Position numbers and translations under genes: made by a program. Shown here piece by piece: positions 57,166 through 64,000 of a stretch of 64,000 nt of DNA. Numbering within the stretch: position 1 is the first letter of the stretch; every line of letters begins with the position of its first letter. The stretch comes from Candidatus Saccharimonadales bacterium (GTDB lineage: Bacteria > Patescibacteriota > Saccharimonadia > Saccharimonadales > UBA10212), in NCBI GenBank assembly GCA_040900055.1, contig JBBDZU010000007.1, positions 104,435-168,434 on the forward strand. The letters are read 5' to 3'. Below the pieces are notes generated by a model. That model did no database searches. It was not told where the DNA came from and worked only from the letters and a program-made list of their open reading frames with translations.

Positions 57166-58320
57166 ATGCCGATTAACAAAGAACCCGCCTCGTCTTTGGC
57201 TAAGAACCAAGCACCTAGCTCAACTTTAGGCCTGCGATCAAAAATTAAATTGTTGCCTCCACCTAAGCACTGGTGGCAAAAATGGCAAGGCCTGCCTAGA
57301 CGCTCCAAATTAATTGGAGGCTTAGCGGCAATTTTGCTAGTAGCGCTAGTCGGCTGGCTGCTTTGGCCTAAAGGGCCGGTGCCGTTGGCTAGCGCACCCG
57401 AAGCTAAAGTTGTAGAGCCGACTACTCTGCCGTCTCCGCTCACCGGCCTTCAAGTCGCCCGAGAATTAGCTAAAAGACCTGTCACGGCCATTATGATTGA
57501 GAACAGCTTGGCGGCCCGTCCGCAGTCCGGCATTGGGGAAGCCGGAGTGCTTTTTGAGGCTATCGCCGAGGGCGGCATTACGCGTTTTATAAGCTTATTC
57601 CAAGAAAGCCAGCCGACTTATATTGGACCCGTTAGAAGCCTAAGACCATATTATATCGATTGGGCCAGAGCCTTTGATGCCGGCATTGCCCACATTGGTG
57701 GCAGCCCCGAAGCCCTAGAGCAAATTCGAGGTGGAGCCGCCAAAGATTTGGATCAGTTTTTTAACCCTGGCAGCTATTGGCGGCAAGCCGGGCGCGCGTC
57801 TCCACACAATGTCTATACCAGTTTTGAAAAACTAGATGCCCTTAACAGAGCGAAGGGTTACACGACTAGTAAGTTTGCAAGCTGGTCGCGTAAAGCCGAC
57901 GCCGCACTGGCCACACCAACTGCTAAAGCCATTAATTTAACCGTAAGCAGTACCAACTATAATGTCCACTACGATTACGATGCATCGACAAACAGTTACT
58001 TGCGCAGCCAAGGCGGCAGGCCACACATTGCTACCACCTCGCCATCAGACGCTAATGGACAGCAGCTGAAGCCAAAGATCGTTATAGCCATGGTTATACC
58101 TTATAATCTTGCCGGTAGGTATAGTAGTTATGGCGTAAGTAGCGGGGGCGGGGTGATTGTATTCCAAGATGGCGGCGTGACCACAGGAACCTGGAGTAAA
58201 GCTGACAGAGCTAGCCAATTTGTCTTTAAGGATGCCGCTGGCAAACCCTTAACCTTTAATGCCGGTCAGGCATGGGTGACAGTTTTAGCTGACGCCAACA
58301 GGATTAGCTACACCCCATAG
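57166..58320 (+). CDS. DUF3048-family membrane-anchored protein
   Basis: SPLTG, RPVTAIMIEN...ARPQSG, AEGGITRF, IGPVRS.R, PHNVY. Confidence 0.85.
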   Translation: MPINKEPASSLAKNQAPSSTLGLRSKIKLLPPPKHWWQKWQGLPRRSKLIGGLAAILLVALVGWLLWPKGPVPLASAPEAKVVEPTTLPSPLTGLQVARELAKRPVTAIMIENSLAARPQSGIGEAGVLFEAIAEGGITRFISLFQESQPTYIGPVRSLRPYYIDWARAFDAGIAHIGGSPEALEQIRGGAAKDLDQFFNPGSYWRQAGRASPHNVYTSFEKLDALNRAKGYTTSKFASWSRKADAALATPTAKAINLTVSSTNYNVHYDYDASTNSYLRSQGGRPHIATTSPSDANGQQLKPKIVIAMVIPYNLAGRYSSYGVSSGGGVIVFQDGGVTTGTWSKADRASQFVFKDAAGKPLTFNAGQAWVTVLADANRISYTP

Positions 58321-58401
58321 ACTAATTACCCCTGTTTTTGCTACAATTCTCCCAGCTCAATCGCTAATAACAATTTTGCAAAATCGTGCCTTAGCAGACG
58401 A

Positions 58402-58478
58402 GGCCCCGTCGTCTAGCGGTTTAGGATATCTGGTTCTCATCCAGAAGATCGCGGGTTCGAATCCCGCCGGGGTCACCA
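58402..58478 (+). tRNA. tRNA-Glu(CTC)
   Basis: GGCCCCGTCGTCTAGCGG...TTCTCAT...GGTTCGAATCCC...CGGGGTCACCA. Confidence 0.95.
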
Positions 58479-58485
58479 CATCGCA

Positions 58486-58536
58486 TTGACATAAATTTGG
58501 TTATTTTCCTATATTGCCAAGCTCCAAGCGCTTGGA
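58486..58536 (+). promoter_or_regulatory. Promoter and palindrome for the dinB cassette
   Basis: TTGACA (58486), 18-nt spacer, TATATT (58510); perfect palindrome TCCAAGCGCTTGGA at 58523-58536. Confidence 0.55.
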
Positions 58537-58752
58537 CTAAAATTAAATCAGCCGTATGCGGGCTTTCGCCAAGACGGTGGATTCCTCCGCATAGACTTAC
58601 AACATCTTCAATTCGCTCCCAGTAATGGAATTCATAATAGACGGTTATGGTTCTTAGCTGGTAGCCGGGCGATAAATCCGTCTGCTGACATCTCAAAAAG
58701 ATTAGTCGGTGTCTATTTCAATTAACTAAAAATAACCAAAAAGGAGCCCACC

Positions 58753-59064
58753 ATGGACAACGTAGTTAAAATCAACAAGAGTGTCAGTGTAGTGGCATAT
58801 TATTTTAAAAATGCCGGGCGGCGACTAAAATGCTTCCCCAAGCAGATGGAGTATAACGGCCAGCGCATAACCTTTACCGAAACCGGCCTGGCTCACCCCA
58901 CCAACCAAGGCCAAAGGATGATACATGTTTTTGACATGACCGATGGCAGTGCCGACTATCGCTTAGAATTTGATGCGGCTAATTTAACCTGGACGTTAGT
59001 GTCTATAGCCGACGGAGCCTATCAAAATGCCCCACACCTTACACAAGCTTCAGCTGCCGCCTAA
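58753..59064 (+). CDS. Small beta-rich hypothetical protein in front of dinB
   Basis: AAGGAG RBS; P..MEYNG..I.F, HVFDM.DG...YRLEFD....W.L pattern. Confidence 0.8.
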   Translation: MDNVVKINKSVSVVAYYFKNAGRRLKCFPKQMEYNGQRITFTETGLAHPTNQGQRMIHVFDMTDGSADYRLEFDAANLTWTLVSIADGAYQNAPHLTQASAAA

Positions 59065-59156
59065 GGCGCTTACGCTTATAAGAAACCCCTTCGCGGTTTC
59101 TTATCGCGCCGGGCACGGAATAAATCCGACGCTCGGGCTATTTTCCGGAGAAATAG

Positions 59157-60428
59157 ATGCCGCATCCTAGACTAGCGCTACCGATCAATACCGAACAGCC
59201 GCAGGTAATGCATACTGACCTAAACAGCTGCTTTGCCGCGGTCGAGCAGCAAGCTAGGCCACTACTTAGAGGCCGGCCAGTAGCAGTCACTAACCGCTTG
59301 ACTAAAAATGCCTGCGTTGTAGCAGCTTCTTACGAAGCTAAAGCTTTAGGCGTTAAGGTAGGCATGACTTTTAGCGAAGCCAAATTGCTGGCGCCTAATC
59401 TCGTTATGGTGGAAAGCGACCCGCCCAAATACCATCACGTTTATAAGATTTTGGTAGAGATTATGGGTTCTTATTCGCCAAACATTACCATGAAGAGCAT
59501 TGACGAGGGCATTATCGATTTTGCCGGCACCACAAGGCTAGTGAATAAGCGGCCGCTAACCGATGTCGGCTATGAGATAAAACAGCGCCTAAAGCACGAG
59601 GCAGGCAAGTGGATGACCTGTAACATTGGCTTAGCGCCTAACCGCTTTTTAGCTAAGTTAGCAGCTTCATTGCACCGGCCAGACGGCTTGGACGTAATAG
59701 ACCATACCAATCTTCGAAAAACCTATGCCGGTTTAAAACTTACCGATCTTAACGGTATTGCCGAGCGTAACCAGGCCCGCCTTAATGCCGCTGGCATTGC
59801 TACGCCTTTAGATTTTTTAGACGCCCCGGCTGATATTTTGCGAAAGAGGGTGTTTAGAAGTGTCTGCGGCGACGACTGGTATAGGCGACTTAGAGGCTAT
59901 GAGGTCGATAATCAGGAGTGGGCCACCAAAACTATTGGCCGGCAATACGTGTTAGATTCGGCGCAGCCAACTGATGAGTTGCTGCACTTCCGGCTGTCTT
60001 ATCTGGCCGAGACTACAGCAATGAAGCTTCGCTATAAGAGCTTATGTGCCCGCGGCATCTATGTTTATGTTAGGTATAAAAGTGGTGATTTTTGGTACGC
60101 CCGGCAACTGTTCGCCAGCCGTTTTTTTACCAATGCTGAGGTCTGCCGACGGGCTACTTTATTATTTAATCGCCGACCGCGTGACGAATACGAGCAGGAG
60201 ATCGGCCTTTCCTGCTACAGCTTGGAGCCTTCCAATTTAAACCAAGTTAGTCTGCTAGAGGACGTTAATCGCCAAGTTTGGCTAACCGAGGCAGTTGACA
60301 CTATCAACAGCCGGTTTGGCGAGTTTACTGTTAGCTTTGCCTCAAGCCTAACGGCCAAAGATACTGTTAAACAAAAAATCCCATTTGGTACCACCAGATA
60401 CTTTGAACTTTTGTGTACCAGGGCCTAA
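59157..60428 (+). CDS. dinB: Y-family DNA polymerase (DinB/Pol IV-UmuC family)
   Basis: HTDLNSCFAAVEQ, AASYEAK..GVK.GM, catalytic SIDE, FLAKLA..L.RPDG. Confidence 0.93.
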   Translation: MPHPRLALPINTEQPQVMHTDLNSCFAAVEQQARPLLRGRPVAVTNRLTKNACVVAASYEAKALGVKVGMTFSEAKLLAPNLVMVESDPPKYHHVYKILVEIMGSYSPNITMKSIDEGIIDFAGTTRLVNKRPLTDVGYEIKQRLKHEAGKWMTCNIGLAPNRFLAKLAASLHRPDGLDVIDHTNLRKTYAGLKLTDLNGIAERNQARLNAAGIATPLDFLDAPADILRKRVFRSVCGDDWYRRLRGYEVDNQEWATKTIGRQYVLDSAQPTDELLHFRLSYLAETTAMKLRYKSLCARGIYVYVRYKSGDFWYARQLFASRFFTNAEVCRRATLLFNRRPRDEYEQEIGLSCYSLEPSNLNQVSLLEDVNRQVWLTEAVDTINSRFGEFTVSFASSLTAKDTVKQKIPFGTTRYFELLCTRA

Positions 60429-60508
60429 AATTGAAAAAACCGGCCAACTAACAGATAATGTAAGCATAAGAGCTGCTAAAAAATTAAGTGGAGGCGGTGG
60501 GCGACTAA

Positions 60509-61714
60509 GTGTGGTTAAGAAAGAAGAGTAAAGCAGCTGAAGCGAAGTCAGATGGTCGCCTGACCTCCGATTTTATTTTAGAAGCCATCGAAGATGGTGT
60601 TGTCGTGGTTGGTAGCAGAGGCGAGATTGAGCTATACAATCGGGCAGCTACTAAGATTTCTGGCTGGCCAGCCGCCGAGGCCATCGGTTTAGACTACCGA
60701 AGCGTTTTACCCATGTTAGACGAGAAAGGCCAGCCAAAGCCTGCCGGTAACCACCCGTTTGCACAAGTATTTGCACAAGGCAAAGTCGTACGTGACCCTA
60801 ACGGGCTACTCTCAACACGCTCTTCAAAACAATTGCCCATATCCATGATTGCTTCGCCGTTAGCCGGTAGTGGTGGGCAAGGGGTCGCCAAGGTGATCGG
60901 GGTTTTTCGAGATGTTTCGAAAGAAAAAGCCGATGAGGCCAGACGCTCCGAATTTATTAGCACTGCCTCACACGAAATGCGCACCCCGTTAGCCGCCATC
61001 GAGGGGTACCTATCCCTAGCTCTAAACGAAAAAATTGCTAAGGTAGACTCTAACGCCCGAAAATATGTCGAGAAGGCCTCGGCTGCCACTAAGCACTTAG
61101 GGATATTGTTTGCCGACTTATTGACTAGTTCGCGGGCCGAGGATGGCCGCTTAGTCAGCTATCCGACCGTTATAGAAATTGGTGAAACCATTGCCCAAGT
61201 AGTGGAAGCCGAACGCTTTAGAGCCAAAGAGCGGGGGCTGGAACTTAACTACCTGGTCAGCAGCGATAAAGACGTAGCTGGCGGCTTGGTAGTCCGGCCG
61301 ACTTATTATGTTTTTGCCGACCCGCACCGTATAGCCGAAGTCCTACAAAATCTTATCGATAATGCCATTAAATACACCAGTACCGGAGCCATAAGCGTGC
61401 GGCTAACTGGGAATAGTTCGGTCGCCCAGATTCAAGTCAGCGATACCGGCGCTGGCATCCCGGCCGAAGATATTCCCCATTTGTTCCAAAAGTTTTACCG
61501 AGTCGATAACACTGCTACCAGGACAGTGGGCGGAACCGGCCTGGGGCTGTTTATTTGCCGCAAGATTATAGAACTTTATAACGGTAAAATTTGGGTAGAA
61601 AGCCAGCTAGGCAAAGGCAGCACGTTCTTCATTAACCTACCGAGGCTAACCTCCGAGCAGGCCTTGAATATGCAAAGAAAAAAAGCTTCCATCATTAGTC
61701 CAATGGAGCCTTAA
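60509..61714 (+). CDS. Cytoplasmic PAS-domain sensor histidine kinase
   Basis: PAS (YNRAA..ISGW), H-box ASHEMRTPL, N-box NLIDNAIKY, DTGAGI, GGTGLGL. Confidence 0.95.
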   Translation: MWLRKKSKAAEAKSDGRLTSDFILEAIEDGVVVVGSRGEIELYNRAATKISGWPAAEAIGLDYRSVLPMLDEKGQPKPAGNHPFAQVFAQGKVVRDPNGLLSTRSSKQLPISMIASPLAGSGGQGVAKVIGVFRDVSKEKADEARRSEFISTASHEMRTPLAAIEGYLSLALNEKIAKVDSNARKYVEKASAATKHLGILFADLLTSSRAEDGRLVSYPTVIEIGETIAQVVEAERFRAKERGLELNYLVSSDKDVAGGLVVRPTYYVFADPHRIAEVLQNLIDNAIKYTSTGAISVRLTGNSSVAQIQVSDTGAGIPAEDIPHLFQKFYRVDNTATRTVGGTGLGLFICRKIIELYNGKIWVESQLGKGSTFFINLPRLTSEQALNMQRKKASIISPMEP

Positions 61715-61763
61715 GGGACAAAGTTGATTTTAAAATGAAGCATAAGCGTATAAAATAGTCGAT

Positions 61764-62555
61764 ATGCCCAAAGTATTATTGGTAGAAGACGACACTAACC
61801 TTAGGGAGATCTTTGAGATGCGCCTGGTGGCTGAAGGCTACCAGACGGTCACAGCCAGTAACGGTGAAGAGGCCTTAGCCGTAGCTATGAAAGAAAAACC
61901 TGATCTTATTGTGGCCGACATTATGATGCCCAGGCTGTCTGGATTTGAGATGCTGGAAACATTGCGATCCGCTCCAGAGATGAGCCAGGTTAAAGTGGTA
62001 ATGATGACTGCTCTCGGCCAGGAAGAGGACAGGGCTCGCGGCGAAAAGCTTGGCGTGGTAAAATATCTAGTGAAATCCCAAGTAACTTTGGAAGATTTCA
62101 CCCGCGCCGTTAAAGAAGTATTGCCGGTAGGGCAATCGCCTTTGACTCCAGGCAAGGGGGATCAATCAGCCAATTTTAAAGAGGCAAACATTAAAGAAAG
62201 CGAGATCAACATGCCAGACGACACAACATCACCAACCAATTCGCCGGCACCAGAGCCTGTAGCTGACGAAGCCAGCACTAACCCAATTACTGGAGGGACT
62301 GCCGGTTCCGACAGCATGGGTGACCAGGCCCAAACAACCGCTCAAGAACAAGGTGTAGTAAATGACCAGATAAATGATTTTGCCGGTACCCCGCCAGCCG
62401 ATAGCTCAGCTGCCGGCAATCCGCCAATGGAGCCATCGGCTCCGGCCATGCCGCAGGACGACCCCGGGCAATCTTCTATACCGGTAACTCCACCGCCAGC
62501 CGACGAGCCTACTGCCGAGACTAGCGGCGATTCAAACGCACCAGCCACTCCTTAG
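61764..62555 (+). CDS. Response regulator receiver domain plus long acidic/Pro-rich disordered tail
   Basis: LLVEDD, DIMMP, MTA, YLVK; no output domain recognised. Confidence 0.9.
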   Translation: MPKVLLVEDDTNLREIFEMRLVAEGYQTVTASNGEEALAVAMKEKPDLIVADIMMPRLSGFEMLETLRSAPEMSQVKVVMMTALGQEEDRARGEKLGVVKYLVKSQVTLEDFTRAVKEVLPVGQSPLTPGKGDQSANFKEANIKESEINMPDDTTSPTNSPAPEPVADEASTNPITGGTAGSDSMGDQAQTTAQEQGVVNDQINDFAGTPPADSSAAGNPPMEPSAPAMPQDDPGQSSIPVTPPPADEPTAETSGDSNAPATP

Positions 62556-62620
62556 TGTAGCTAAAGAAACCAAGACAAATGCAGACGGCCTGGACCCTAA
62601 TTCAGGCTATAATAACTTAA

Positions 62621-63961
62621 ATGGTAAAACCTTCCGCCACACCAATTGTGGCTATAGTTGGACGCGCCAATGTGGGCAAGTCCAGCCTCTTTAATACCAT
62701 CTTAGGCCGAAGAGAAGCTATTACTGCTATGGAGGCTGGAACTACCAGAGATAATGTTACGGCTAAAGTCAGTTATGACCGTAGAGAGTTCTGGCTGGTC
62801 GACACAGCCGGTTTAAAAGAAGCTACCGATGATTTTGAGTTGACTATCCAAGATCAAATTACGCAAGCTGCAGACGCTGCGGGGCTAATATTAGTCGTTA
62901 CCGAAGCCGATGTCAGCCCCACCTATGAGGACCGCCAGGTGGCTAAAATGGCCCTAAAGACCAAAAAGCCAGTTATTTTAGTTATTAATAAAATCGACAA
63001 GAATCCAAGAGTTGATTTGGGGCAGTGGCAAAAGTTAGGCGTTAAGCACATTGTCACTACCAGCACCAGTCAAAAAAAGGGCATAGAAGACTTAATGTCT
63101 GCGCTCACAAGCTATTTACCTCACAGAAGGACCAAGCAGCCGGTTCAAAATACTCGCTTGGCAATACTGGGACGTCCCAATGTTGGCAAATCAGCTCTTT
63201 TTAATGCGCTGTGCGGTAAAGACCAGGCCATTGTAGCCGCAGTCTCGGGCACTACGAGAGACATAAATCGAGCGTTGGTTGATGCAGATGGGGAGGAGAT
63301 AGAGCTTATGGATACGGCCGGCATCCGCAGAGCCGGCAAAATCGAACGTGGCGTAGAGCATTTTAGCGTCATTCGCTCGCTGGCTGCCATAGAGGAGGCA
63401 GATATTTGTCTGTTAGTGATGGATGGCCTCGAATTAAATGTCCACCTTGATCAAAAAATTGCCGGTCTAGTTAAAGAGGCCGGCAAGGGCTTGATATTAG
63501 TGGTTAATAAATGGGACATCTTAGAAAAAGAACAGGGGACCCATGCGGCAACTGTAGCCAAAGTAGCCGCCGAGTTTGTTTTTGTACCGTGGGCACCCTT
63601 AGTCTTTGTCAGCGCCAAAACCGGCCAAAATGTATCAAGAATCCTAAAAATCGCCGGCGAAATAATAGCCGCTAGAAATTCCCAGTTTAAGACAGTAGAA
63701 CTAAACCGATGGCTACGGCAGGCTGTTGATGAGCACCCCCCTGCAGGACTAAAAAACAAAAGTCCGAAACTCAACTACATAGTGGCCGAAACTGGTACTG
63801 GTTTGCCTAGCTTTAAAGTCTTTGGCAGCCATACTCGTTTTTTGCATTGGAGCTACAAGCGTTATCTTGAGCGAAAATTTAGGCAAACCTGGCCACTCCC
63901 CGGCACACCCTTAAAATTCTGGTTCATTGACAAAAATATCCCCAAAGAGCGTAATCTATAA
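62621..63961 (+). CDS. der: Ribosome biogenesis GTPase Der
   Basis: Two G-domains (GRANVGKS and GRPNVGKS, DTAG, NKID/NKWD), C-terminal KH-like domain. Confidence 0.96.
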   Translation: MVKPSATPIVAIVGRANVGKSSLFNTILGRREAITAMEAGTTRDNVTAKVSYDRREFWLVDTAGLKEATDDFELTIQDQITQAADAAGLILVVTEADVSPTYEDRQVAKMALKTKKPVILVINKIDKNPRVDLGQWQKLGVKHIVTTSTSQKKGIEDLMSALTSYLPHRRTKQPVQNTRLAILGRPNVGKSALFNALCGKDQAIVAAVSGTTRDINRALVDADGEEIELMDTAGIRRAGKIERGVEHFSVIRSLAAIEEADICLLVMDGLELNVHLDQKIAGLVKEAGKGLILVVNKWDILEKEQGTHAATVAKVAAEFVFVPWAPLVFVSAKTGQNVSRILKIAGEIIAARNSQFKTVELNRWLRQAVDEHPPAGLKNKSPKLNYIVAETGTGLPSFKVFGSHTRFLHWSYKRYLERKFRQTWPLPGTPLKFWFIDKNIPKERNL

Positions 63962-63965
63962 AAGT

Positions 63966-64000
63966 ATGGCATTGTTTCAAAAAAAGACTACTGAAACGAC
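63966..64000 (+). CDS. Start of next CDS (truncated by window edge)
   Basis: ATG 4 nt after the der stop, open to the end (MALFQKKTTET). Confidence 0.45.
   Translation, partial: MALFQKKTTET

Noticed and set aside
58402-60500. Integrated element at tRNA-Glu carrying dinB
   Set aside because: No integrase, and I saw no duplicated tRNA 3' end downstream within the window.
1-64000. Alternative genetic code (TGA=Gly, code 25), CRISPR arrays, rRNA, inteins
   Set aside because: TGA terminates trpS, dcd and rplL at expected lengths; no regularly spaced repeats or rRNA-like tracts; DnaB and DnaX are uninterrupted.

Overview
Gene-dense, mostly + strand chromosomal segment. It is most likely from a Patescibacteria (CPR) genome, probably Saccharibacteria. 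That assignment is inferred from gene content and compactness; TGA is used as a stop, so the code is standard code 11. It contains the end of the alpha operon (rpsK, rpsD, rpoA, rplQ, then rplM-rpsI), trpS, cysS, gltX, secE-nusG-rplK-rplA and rplJ-rplL (split by dcd and a Tmk fusion), dnaX-dnaB-ybaB-recR, thyA-folA, smpB, xth, a dinB cassette, a PAS kinase/response regulator pair, der, 7 tRNAs, and envelope/redox genes. I found no rRNA, CRISPR array, transposase or prophage. Highlights: (1) a 64-aa ORF with a strong Shine-Dalgarno (SD) site, bracketed by two collinear copies of a motif (contiguous upstream, interrupted downstream inside a highly structured region), which may be an undescribed RNA-based regulatory unit; (2) a Tmk fused to an apparently dead ThyX-like region while thyA-folA sit elsewhere in the window; (3) a dinB cassette with a ~230-nt structured leader and an occluded RBS; (4) a 56-aa YIDPGTGS membrane peptide missing from the ORF track; (5) many -10 boxes 6-11 nt before start codons, suggesting leaderless mRNAs. 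All structure calls were made by eye, not computed.
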